From Ruditapes philippinarum (taxonomy: Eukaryota), in NCBI RefSeq assembly GCF_026571515.1, contig NW_026858926.1, forward strand, positions 1 to 64,000: DNA of 64,000 bases, read 5' to 3'. Below the pieces are notes generated by a model. The model was not told the DNA's origin, searched no databases, and saw only the letters and a list, made by a program, of their open reading frames with translations. Positions 14,262-27,097 of this stretch are shown in pieces. The first letter of the stretch is position 1. Each line of letters starts with the position of its first letter. A program made the translations under genes and the position numbers.

Positions 14262-14720
14262 ACCCGGAAATAAGTTAAGCACACCCCGGAAATTTAAAAT
14301 TGGCTGTAATTTAAAGCACTGTCATGAGATGACGACTTGAGATAAGAAATAGTAATGTGATAAGTAGCGATACTAATTTAGTAATCATAAACCAGTACAT
14401 TTATGAGTTTTGTTAATTCTTAAACCAAATTATTGAAGCATATTCAAACGTGTTGTTTTTACAAAAAAAAGTAAGTGTTTAGATGTATGGTATTGGGACG
14501 TTTACATTTCCTGGTGGATATTTTTAGCAAATCTTTACAATAACGTATAATGATTATGTTGCCAAATTTTTAATAACGTGTGTAACTGCCACATGCCAGG
14601 ATGATAGCCTCAACCCTTTTCCTCATACTACCAGTAAGGCCTATAATGCGATTTTGAGGTAAATTTTGCCAGTCATGGTGCATAGCTTGTTCCAGTTAAC
14701 GCAGGTTTGACTACAGGTGG
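14262..14720 (-). mobile_element. Tc1-family transposon remnant (transposase C-terminus and one end)
   Basis: minus strand 14570-14720 reads SNLR*LEQAMHHDWQNLPQNRIIGLTGSMRKRVEAIILACGSYTRY*, the typical Tc1 transposase C-terminus, with an internal stop; TA-CACCCGGAAATAAGTT terminus at 14260. Confidence 0.75.
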
Positions 14721-15139
14721 TGCGTACCAAATTTCAGTTGTGGTCATGTCAAAATTGAACGGGTAGGAGGTTGACAGTAGCAGTGAGTTGTAGCATCAGC
14801 AAAATCATAAAACGTGAAGTTGTCAGTAGCAGTAGCATATCATAAATTAACATTCACGTGCAAAACCGAACTAATACACATCAAAAGCTGTCGGTAGGAC
14901 AGCGCGCTCGACTATGAGACTATGAAATTAAAACAAGAGTCTGGATAATATAAATGTTCAAAAAGGGCCTAATTCAGTCAAACCCATAGTTAGGAAATAT
15001 ATGCATTTGACAGGGACCTCTAGCTGTGAGGTTTCAAACCCATTCTCTTCAGTAGTTTTAATGATTCCAACTTGCACGCAAAGCAAAGTTTGACACCGTC
15101 GTGTACAATAGACCTACATAAATTATTCTTCGAATAGTG

Positions 15140-15308
15140 NNNNNNNNNNNNNNNNNNNNNNNNNNNNNNNNNNNNNNNNNNNNNNNNNNNNNNNNNNNNN
15201 NNNNNNNNNNNNNNNNNNNNNNNNNNNNNNNNNNNNNNNNNNNNNNNNNNNNNNNNNNNNNNNNNNNNNNNNNNNNNNNNNNNNNNNNNNNNNNNNNNNN
15301 NNNNNNNN
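15140..15308. other. assembly gap (N run)
   Basis: run of N characters. Confidence 0.99.
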
Positions 15309-15888
15309 TCGAGTGTCTTTATATTGCAAAGAATTAATAAGAAATGACTTCGTGAATACTGCTAATTGTGACATAAACAATCACCAGGGGCAATATTTAA
15401 ATTAACGTCAAGTGACCCAAAAATGACACACAAATACTTAGTTTTAAAAGTTTAATTTGAAAATGAAAATACAATTAAATTTAACATGGAATTAATGGCT
15501 TTTATTCACAATAGAAACATTCTGTTGTAAAAAGTTTAATACGAAACCCCGGAAGTTGAAATATCCTCTATTATTTAACTTATGATATTTTTGTACTATG
15601 GCATATTATATGCCGAAGGGTTGTCGGTATAACTTTTTCTAATACAAAATAAATAAATTTTCTCAACTTCATGCTGTGAATAGACTTCAAAAAATAAAAT
15701 TTTGGAGAAAATACAATACAAATATTAAAAAACATATAAAGAGGATATTAATTTGTGAAATATTAACATATAAAAATGTCTGTGTCCAACATTTCGAGAG
15801 ATATGGTTTTAACAAATATCACTTATAATAAATATCGTATTGTTGACCAACAGTTGACCAACAGTTGACCACCAGTTGACCAGCAGGT

Positions 15889-16904
15889 CTATTTTCCAGT
15901 GTTAGTAAGAGCCCCGGCCCCACCACCATATCCGTATCCCTTCGGTCCGTAATTTTTACCATAGCAACCTTTACAATAGATCTTCCCCTCATGTTCAGCG
16001 ACCGTATTACTGTCAAGGGTCTTGTTACAATCCTCTGAAGAAAAAATCCGGACATATTACGAAGAAATCGTCACATTTAAGCAATTAACTTGTGATTTTA
16101 AAACATTAAGTACTGATAAGTGTGCTTATTAGACCTATTCTCTAAGACAATCACAACTTTTCGGTCAAACAAATACTGGTACGTGTTGCGAATGATACCA
16201 AAGGTCATCACTCGGAATATCTCGGATGACTTTGACAATACGTCTTTCTTATTGAGTTGTCGGATGTGACTTTTTATCATCACAAACTCATCATTACGTT
16301 GATAAATTACGGCTATGTACAAAAATCATTTTCCAAGACGGTTCCATTCAAATTTGTTTAAGCAGAAATAAATGCTTTAAACATAAAACTTACATTAAAC
16401 TGTGGTTTATCGATTTGTTACATTCAAGTTGATGCAGATCGACCGTGTAAAATAACATATAAAATATTTCACATACATTCCGATTTGAAACTACCAGTTT
16501 GTGAAGCAGAACTAATTCGTGTATTATTGATGAAATATCGACTTTGCAAAAATGTACAAAACATTTTGCTTTTACTATGTTTTGCATAGTATTAGAAAAC
16601 TAATATGAAATGCTTTAAACTCTCAAAAGCTGATTATACTCTGGATTTTGTTTATATCAAATTGATTAAAGACTTGAAAAAAAGATAAGCAGAGACTGTC
16701 GGTGAAAAAATGGATACAGCCAAAAATGGAAACTTAAGCGGAAAGAGACGATGTTTCTCGAACTATAACGGAAAACAACGAATACTCACGACAAGTAAAA
16801 CAGCCTCGTTTGTGAAAAGAATTTCCTGCTGCGATTATTTCCTCATTTGCATACACTGACTTATCACAACGTCCACACTTCTTTCCACCTCCCCATGTCG
16901 GCAT
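15889..16904 (-). CDS. single-LIM cysteine- and glycine-rich / muscle LIM protein (CSRP/Mlp family), 86 aa; exons 16790-16904 and 15889-16034
   Basis: [86 protein letters not shown]: complete LIM motif plus the [12 protein letters not shown] Gly-rich tail; gtgagt donor, ttcttcag acceptor, phase 1. Confidence 0.95.
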
Positions 16905-19900
16905 TTTGAATCTGTGGTGTAAAAATAAAGTTAAATAATCTATATACTAGTATCGCACGAATCTTATCTTCTTCTTCGGCCCTCATCTTCAGGACAGTAC
17001 GTACTAGAACAACCACTGTACTTATCTAAAACTTGCTCATTTAAAAACAAAACAAAAACAAAACACACACACACCAGACATTATCATGGCACAGTTCAGA
17101 GCTGTTCACTATTTAGGGGACAAGATGTGTAAGCGGCCGGATAGTTCAGTCACGACAGCCATTTTTTCACCCTGTCAAAATTTCATTAAACAGTTAAAGT
17201 TGATGTCAACATTAAATAATTAAAATTAAAAGTTTAAAATTTTAAACGTAAAAAAATCAACAACATTTCATGATTAACCAAGTTGCTAAGATTCATGATG
17301 ATAACTGATAAAATTAAAACTTACAGATTTACAGGTTTACGAAACTAGTTAAAATTATTTCCTTCCGTATACAACCGTTCTCTTTTGTTGATATCTCACC
17401 AGTGAATGAAACACATAAACAGATATTCACTTTAACATATTTACGAATCAATGTTGCGTAACGCTACGTAAACCTTACGTGACAAATTTAAGTGCAATGT
17501 TTACACCACATTTTTGTGAAACCACTCAATGAATGGTTATATTCACATGCCCATAAATAGACTGTTTGAACTAAAATATGTATAGTACGGTAAACCATTT
17601 TAAGCTATGCATGGTATGGCTAATCATTTGAAACAAACGCTAATAGATCTTATATAGTTTGTAATTGTAAAGATGGATAGCATATTTACAACAACATATT
17701 AATTTGTTTGTAAGGCCACCGACCCATTATAATTATACAATGCAACATGATACAAAAATCATTTTACGTTCCTTGATCAACATCCTTTAATATACAAATT
17801 AAATGGTGTATACATGATTATACGATCACTAAAGTTGATCAGCGATTATGCGGCGATAACTGAAGATGATGATATAAATAATTACTGACATTACGTTATT
17901 ATTGTTGTATAACAACTGAATTTATTAATGAGTAAAAATCATTTCAATTTGCTCTACACTCATACCAATTTAGCAATTGTTGTTGGCGTACTTCATTATA
18001 TTTATAACATTGAAAAATGCATGTTATTCACAATCAATAAATGATATATTTCTATTATTTAAACAATTAGTACAAACGCGCTGTGCTCTAGGAATGTTAT
18101 TTTAAAGTATGACAATCGATTTCTATTTTAAGTTTGTGGTCAGAACATCTATATATCGTTAACTGTCGCAAAATTATTCATTCATAGTTAAAAGTAAGTT
18201 ATTATAAAAATGTGAACTTTGGCATATTTCGTCACTGTCTGTGTACGCGTGAGGAAATGGTTCAAGTATGAACGTACTCTAAAATATTTGTTTAAGTACA
18301 TGGAAGGATTATGGTGATATAAGAAATGTTGTACAGTACACACTAAGTGTGAACTTTTAATTATTAATAACCAAAAATTTTATATAATAAGCATATATAT
18401 AAATATTATATTCCAATTTAAAAGATATGTACTTTAAGTGAATAAGTTATATTGTTATAATAATATTCATTTTTTTTAATTAATGACTAGAAAAAAGCGA
18501 CAAATAGTATATTGGTGTAGAACAGGGTTTAAGAGATATCAAGAAACAAATACCTTACTTAGTATATAAGTAATTACATGTATAATGAATTTAAAATTTA
18601 AGATTTTAGGTTTCTCACAAAATAAAACATTACGTACAAGGCACGTATTTTAGTTACACCAGCAATATGAAATTCATATAACGACTTCCCGACATTATAT
18701 TAAACGAACAAGTGTGGTTTCCTTATATCCAAAATAAAAAAAAAGGATTAAAAATAAGCTAACTCTGAACCTACGCCGAGGAGGGTAAGTCATTTTACAA
18801 TTACCTCCCTTGTATATGTGAACAATAATTTATTATTATGATTTTTTTTTCTAGTTGTTGTTTTTTTTTATTTTTATTTTTAGTTTTTCTTCTTCAATTT
18901 TAATTACATATATATCATGACTTGAACAATGTTATTTGTTATGTCATGTTTTCAATAAAATAAATTCTGTTTAAACTAACATAACTAGTGACCTCTTGTG
19001 TCATTGCTTTTTGTAAACACTGATATTACAATATCCCCTCCAAAAAAAAAAAAACGTTTTACTTAATAACAACAATTTACTCTAACATCATCATGTATAA
19101 CACCACACCTTTTCTAAATAACTGCCGTAAATTTGGCAATAACATGATACGTTCAGCTTTACAAAATATAATAAAACCTCCTTGTCATAAAATATATATG
19201 TAATAAATGAAATATTTATAAAGATATAAAAAATAAAAATGTCAAGCAAGCTAAAATATATATATATCGCATCTTCTCGGCCTTTTTCGTCAAATTTCGG
19301 ATAAGATCAATAATAGCCGAGATGCTCCGATTGGCAGTTGTCATTGTTAAATACCCGGAGTAGGACGTAAATGGCCAAAGAATTACAATAAATGAAAGAT
19401 AAATCTGGTGTAATGAAGAGAAACGGTCGTCACACCATTAAAAGACAAGCAAGATTTTCTTTACTTTACAAGGTCTAATAAAGGGGACATTGTCCGCAAT
19501 CCATCCATTATTACAGTTGTTTATGTCCGTGGGCGTAATAATTATTACAATTTAACTGTCCATGGGCATAAACATTATTACAATGAACATAACCATAGTT
19601 TCTTACAAATATATTAAATAATAAAGTTGTTTAATAACTTTAGGCGTATACACAATTTAAAAAACAACAACAAAAAACACGGCCTAAATCATAAAAAATG
19701 CATCAAAGTTTGTTTTATAACTTAATTACTTTTCTTTTCAGTGTTAAGGCATGCAAACCAGGCACTTTTCGTTAATTTTTCAACTAAATGAAAAATGTTT
19801 TGACTTGCATACAAGATTTAATTAAAATGGGTCGATATAAGTTCAGAAAGCAAAATATTTTCATGGTCATCATAAAATGTAATTTCTTTTATCATTATTA

Positions 19901-20464
19901 TCGGAGTTGACATTGATATTGCCATGTACTTTTAAATGTTATTTTTTCACTTGGTTATAATATAATTGTGTTTTCAGTTGTAACAATAAAATTATACCTT
20001 ATCCTTTACGACTGAATATAAATTGGTTAGTTGAACAAATATCTTTCAATAATTGTCAATTTATATAGAAATCTGTCTAGGTGCATATATGTAATATATA
20101 ATCAACATTGACCGTTAAAAGTTTCAATGGTTTGCATTCGGTACACCTCAACCATTATCCTATATATTATATAAGGACCATAAAGTTGCAATCGAATTAA
20201 AAATGCGGTAGGATTTGATCACAAGATGTTAAAATCCGAAAGTTAATTTAAAAAGACAAAAGTGTAATCTATATGCCAATTAAAAACGAAAAGGTCGTGT
20301 CTTTATTTTATTTCAAATATTTAGATATACAATAAAATGCGGTCTATTTGAAACAAACCCCCAAATACAGACCACTTTGGCTTACGATGGAACTATTAAT
20401 GGCTTCCTTGCTGGATTGGTAATTATGGTTGACATCATGTAGTTGTAATAAGGTTATATCTATC

Positions 20465-20804
20465 CTAGTTTGGGGACCTTTTTGTTGAAATAGTGTCAGA
20501 GCTAAATCGTATACATATACATGCACAGTGCGGTAACTGGAGTGCAGGTATCAGTTACCCGCACTCCAGATAATGCCCGTGGATTGGTTCATTTTTGCAG
20601 GGGTTTACATATTGTGACGGCAGAGAAAGGGAAAGAGGCAGAACTATCATATTCAAATGCTCGTTCATTGGTTTTTTTTCTGGGGTTTCATATTATGACA
20701 ACAGGGAACGTGCTGTCATGTTTGACTATGATACAAAAGAGAAAGAACGCTACGCCCCCTCGTACAAATCAGATAGCCTCGTGTTTCGGTGCTCTTTCTA
20801 TTAC
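20465..20804 (+). repeat. dispersed ~340-bp repeat; inverted copy at ~37429-37787
   Basis: tgcacagtgcggtaactggagtgcaggtat...cccctcgtacaaatcagatagcctcgtgtttcggtgctctttctattact is shared; accounts for the similar spurious ORFs MHSAVTGVQV and MHSALTGVQV. Confidence 0.85.
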
Positions 20805-21711
20805 TTATATCCCACAAAAATGTGTAGATGCATGTTTTATATAGACCTTTGAACTCTAAATTTCGAATTTGGTCAAAATGTAAAAATACAGATAGCGTTG
20901 TACGCACGACCAATGATTTGTTTAATTATCCGAGAACTATCAGCACTTGATTTTAAGCCATTAAAATAACATTGTCAATGGCTTAACTTCTTTGGAGACT
21001 AAATCTTTGTTAAAACAAAGTTAATTGTATAGATTTGAAAAAGTACTTTTAAGGTACAGTATACCTCAACATTTCTGTTATTTCCTGTAAGGGGCAGACG
21101 TATATGCAGGTTTTTAGACAGTACTTCCGGTATAGTCAATGTTAACTCTACAAACACCTTCCCAAAATGCAATCAATAACTAACGAATAACAAGACTGGT
21201 AGGTGATCAATCATTTCCTAAAATAAAGCAAATCAATCCAAAGTTGTTTCATTTTGACCTTGGTGCTTTTAATCTACCTGAAAGAATGAATCAAGAAATC
21301 TTGATCCACCGTTTATACTGGAAAGTCCCTTATATGACCTTTAGACCGTTGGTAAGATTAAAGGCCTAAAAACTAAGCCAAACCAATTAATAGAATGACG
21401 TAAAGACGAACTGTTGTCGTACCTTTTAGGGTTTCTTCGTATAATAACTCATTACTAATATGCCTCTGAGAAACAATGCAAATAATCTTTTTAAAACGAC
21501 CTTTTCACAACAAATTTAAAGATCGTAAGGCGCTTATTATTAGGCATATATATTACACACATCAACAATTGTGCCTACGCTTACAAATGGTTTACAATGT
21601 TGGAGGGAAGACCTTAAACTTCTGTATTTAAATGGAATAAAGTATCCGTTACTTCATTCCATTTTGAAGGAGACGTACGGCTATTCGTATGTTTCTCTAA
21701 AATCAAAAATT

Positions 21712-21800
21712 ATGAGGATTCTAAATTTATGTTTTGCAATAACAGTCCTGTTTGGAGCCGGTGAGTCGTGATATCTTAATCATTATTATTATTATTAGTA

Positions 21801-21867
<67 letters not shown>

Positions 21868-24800
21868 AGATAAATTAGAAGTACAACACATTCATTATAT
21901 ACTTTTAAATGAAATATTGAGAAATATTTATGAAATAAAATGTGTATTTTCATTTTCAGTATTTTCATTGCAGTGAAACATATTTCCCGTATTTCACTGG
22001 TTTCTTGTCGGTCTTCTTTCTGCTAAATTCAGCCAATATACAAAATTTACGGAGTCTTTCAAACTGAGGAACTTTCAAAAAGAGGAAAATGTATGTAATA
22101 AACAGAAAATTCAAGTTATTCTATGAACACGGGATTTATTTTCATCTTGCGGTATGATTTTTATATTTCACTCTGATAAAATATATTTATTTTCATACCA
22201 CTCGACGAAAATAAATCCTGTATTTATAGTTAAAATTTGAATATTTTCTAAGAATTAGAACGGAAACACTTAACAATAAAAAAAAAACGCATTAAATGCA
22301 ATTATGAAAAGTTATTTAGAGTAATTCAAATCATTAGTAAGAACAAATACATTTTTACAGTACATGTATAAATTTTATTAGACTTGCCTTAAATGTTTAT
22401 TCTTTACACGTAAGTTATAATAATTACATGTAAATTAGGACTAGGTCCATGAATAAAAACTTTAACACACCAATAAGAAATAAATTATAAAATATACGTA
22501 AATTTTAACTTATTTAACCAATCATGAGGAAATGTGATTTCGGGTGATAAACAGGCAGTCAAATAATTGTTATAAATTTCTTTTTTCTTTCCGATGCACC
22601 GCAGCTTTTAAGATAATCTTAACTTGCACTCAAGTTCTGTTTGCAACCGCACAAAATTGCCTAGTACTTCATCTGTGTTAGTTCTTTATTTATTATGGAT
22701 CTATTAAATCTTGGGAATTGTATACAACTGAAGCCGGTGTTACATGGGCGATGAGAGCGAGAGATTACAGATTTCATTTTATTTTCGAAATAGACTAAAC
22801 CAACTTAACTTTGTAAAATGTTACTCACAAATGTGTCAATTTGTTTCCGCGGAGAGGAGTAGGGGAGGGGCGACGGTTCTGGAGGGCACTTTCCGATTTC
22901 TAGAATAATGAAACCATTAGTACAAAAACAAAAATGAAATTAAAATGTACATGTATATACTTCAAGTTATTGGAGAGCAAGTCTGGCTTCGGGATTTGAA
23001 CTCGGACCTTGATAAACGGAACCTTGAGATCGGAGGCTTACCGTCAAACTTTAAATTCGCACTCATCCGGCAAGGTTATGACCATGGACTCGAACTGAAC
23101 TTGGAGGAAAATCGGCGACTTGGAGCTAACGCACCGGTTTACGAAGTTAAACAAACATCTGATGGTAAACAACAATTAGTGAAGAAAAATGCCATCCCAA
23201 TAACGGTATGATTTTGTTATCAACAAAAGTATGAATTATTAAAAATATCATATCTTTTATGTGTATAATAGTATGAACATATCACCGTACAAAAGTAACA
23301 CATTATTTATTAATGAAATATGTAGGATATTAGGTAATATTGTTTTCTGTTTGGTCTGTGTTTAAGTTTGTGACAATTTATCACCGGCATCTATAACATA
23401 TACAGTGTTCTTAAAATTGTCTCCCTATCGCCGACATAGTGTTTGTTTATTCCATAAACAGTCTATACTATATGTTATGGTGGCTGATTTGTGCCATGTG
23501 GCTTTTTCGCTCCACGGGGCGCCAGGCAAAATAACACAAAGTGACGACAAATTTGTCGTATTTTTCGTGTTTTCGCCTGGCACATATCAGCCATCATACT
23601 ATTTAGTAACAGGAACTGCTCCTTACGTGTCAGGAAATAGTTACAATAAATTACAGAGGGAAAAAGACGTATAATTGAGGCTCAGTTATGTCGTCTGTAA
23701 GTCATACGGACAAAATAACCTGCTTGGAACCAAAAGTGATTATCTTTTGAGCTAGACTAACATAATGTGTCCGTGTAGTCTGACCGGAGTCTATACTATT
23801 GGCTAACCGACTTCATATTTGCACCTTGAACGCCACAAAATTGATAATGGACAGTTCCAAAAATGAAACTTGGACAAGTCCATTATAGAAATTCAGCAGG
23901 TTTAGGGCACCTTGCTGCTGACATTGGTTGAATGAACTATGCACGGACAACAAAATGTACATGTATTTTATATACATGTACGAGAAAAAAATGTTCATTG
24001 TACTATCAACTGAATTTAAGCCTTAACAAAATGCCGTACGTAACAAGACAAATAATCTTAATCTTGCAGCAGACGAAATTTTACCAAGATAAGAAAGTAA
24101 ATGGAGTTTTTATGGTCACGTGCAAGAAACAACGTATTGGCGCGTGCCAAAGAATGGTGGTATGTTGCATTGACTTAGTTTCCATAAATGAAAATAATAA
24201 AAAAAAACTTTAAAAAAAACATGTTTTCTGAAATACTATCGGTTATTTGTTTAAAAAAATTCGCGCTAGATAGATCGATACATGTATGTTAAAGTAAGAC
24301 TCTTTGCAAAGACATCAAAGTAGGCAACTGTCTTGATCGGATCTCTTCCCTAGAATTTGCTGTTACATTTTTTTCTTCATTTAAGTGACAGCTTGCATTT
24401 ATGAACAAATCATTTAAAGTAACAATATTCTCAATATGACTAAAGTTCAGTTCTTCTTAATTAAGTTACTAGTATTTCTTGCGTAGCGTTAATTAGAGCG
24501 TTAATGATTTCTAATCAGATTGCGATATTCTTTTACTGAAAGGAAGGGTTATTTGACATGGATGGCGAAAATTACAACTTGGCCCCAAGTGAAAAGCCTA
24601 CAGTGCTACGAAACGTAAATACTGGAGATGTTCCGCATGAACTGGTTTCCAACAAGGTAGAAAGCATGAGATGGTTGTCTGAAATGACAGACTTTGCAGA
24701 AATAGAAGGTTTGATACTTTTCCAATATAAAATTATTTTCTTTGTTTCAAATTTGAGAGATCATCATTTGTTGGAATTAATCAGATACGCAAAAGTTCAT

Positions 24801-27063
24801 CGAAAATCATTCCTTTGTTTGTGCATTGTCTGTTGTACATTCGGTGAGTCGAAATTGAAGAATTAAAGCTAAATAAATCTCTTAGACAATTCAAAGACCA
24901 CTGATTATTCATCTGATAGGTTAAAAACAAGTATTATATCTATTTAAAGATCCTTTATGTTATACATTGTAATTAAGGATGTTACAACACTTAAGTGAAA
25001 TTTTTTATATGTGTATAATAATTCTTTAAAAACAATTTCCAAACATCCAAGAATATGTTAATTATGAGCTGCAAATGTTTATTCGCATTATCAGTAATGC
25101 ATTAATTTCTTATTTAAAAGAGTTCGAATTACCTCCCTTTATTTACAAATAAAATGTGAATGCGGTAATATCTTTACAAATAATGCTTTTTTGAATTTAC
25201 AATATTGATAAATCTTCATTTGAGCATCAGATTAATGTTATAAAACCATAAAAAATGAGTTACAGAATCTTAAAAATAATGAGGGAAAAATAATACGAGG
25301 GGAAAACATTTCAATACCATTGTATGCTTTCGATTTCAGACGGACATTTACAACAACGTAATGAATTCTTGGAAAAGTTGACTGGTTTACTTAATGGAAG
25401 AGATGCAGATTTGATTGCCAGGGTAAATCCATAATTCTGAAATTATTAAATAAAATTAAAAAATTTTTATTTATTCAAAAATGGTTTCTTGGGGAAATTA
25501 AAAATTTAAAAAAAACCAAATTGTTTTAAAGGGGGAAAAAAGGGTTTTTCAAAAGGACACAAACAAAAAAAGGAATTTTTGGGAAAAGGGGGTTGACGGT
25601 TTTAAATGGACGGAGGATTGATGCCAAAAAATTTTTTTTAAAATTAAGTTTTAAAAACCCTTTCATTTTGAAAAATTTTTCAGAAAAAAAAATTTAGAAA
25701 CAAAGATAGTGGCATTTTTATTTATATTAAATTTAAAAATTTTTAATTTTGTAATTTTTGCGAAAAAAAAGGGAAAAAAATTTTAAAATTCCCTGTAATT
25801 TTCAATATTTTAATTTCCTTAAACTTATCTATAAAAATGGGTTATCACTTATGTTTTTGTTTTAAATTGGTTAATTTTGACAAAACCCAAAAATTAATTT
25901 TAAATTTTAAAAAATTTAATTAATTTCGAAATAAAATAATTTTGTTCGTTTACGAAAAAATTTTTTCACTGAAGGAAACATATTTCCTTTCCTGTTCGTA
26001 TTCCTTTAAATTTCTGCGGTCCCAAAAGGGAAATTCTTTAATTTTAATGTAAAAAATGGAAAATTATATTAAAAAATATTTTTTCATTAAAATAAGGTTT
26101 TTCTTTGGGCTTAAAATTAAAAATCGACGCCCTTAAATACTTATTTAAACCCAAGATTCTTGTATTATAAAAAATTAAAAAACCTCTTTTAATATAAAAT
26201 CCCACGAATTATTAACCGTTCAATAATTAATAAAAAAAATATAAAATTATTTTTTTATAAAACCAAGGCAACCTTTTATAAAATTTTCCACAAAAATTTT
26301 ACTCCCCGGTTTTTTTGTTTTTTTTTAAAATTTCTTTTTTTTTTTTGTGTTATTTTTTTCGATTACCTTTTTAAAATTTTTTAAAAAAAGCGGGTTTTTA
26401 AATTTTCGGGGGCCCAAAAACAAGGGAGGGTTTGGGGTTTTGCCAAAAAAAAGGAAAATTTTGGTGCCCTACCACAAAGGGAACGTAAAAAACGTGCAAT
26501 TTTTGTTTGTACTTGCTTTCATTGAATTAATAATGTGTTGTGCTGATTTACATGTTTGTTTGTTTCTTTGAAACAAGTCGTATTTTACAAAAGAATTGTA
26601 TCTATAGCAGAATACTGGACATGACTTAAATATTTTACAGTTACTACGAGGAAAGTACAGACGACAGAAAAGGGCGGGAAACACGTACGCCGTAGATGTT
26701 GTTGTAGCTATCGATCCAGCATTGTGGAAAAAGTATCGAAATATTTTACTTTATTTTTATTTATTAGTATTATTTTTTTGGGGGTGTGGGGACATTTAGA
26801 ATTTGTCACCAAATAATTATTTTAAAGTTTGTTTACTTTATTTAAGATTTTGCAGTTATTTTGATTCAAAGAGATGTAAAACAAAAAAATACAGGTCTTG
26901 TGTTACGGAAATATCCGATTAATTACGAGTATTTACGATTTTATAGGTACTATGACGACAACCACAGAAACAACTGAATCCGCCAAACAAGATGAAGCCG
27001 AACTTAAGCTACGACAATATCTCTCTCACATCTATAATGGGGTAAACTGTTTTTGTTGTGTTT

Positions 27064-27097
<34 letters not shown>

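Noticed and set aside
15123-15380. ORFs spanning X residues
   Set aside because: Artefacts of the N gap.
20521-20913. ORFs similar to 37394-37732, suggesting a gene family
   Set aside because: The similarity comes from a dispersed non-coding repeat; indels break the frame between copies.
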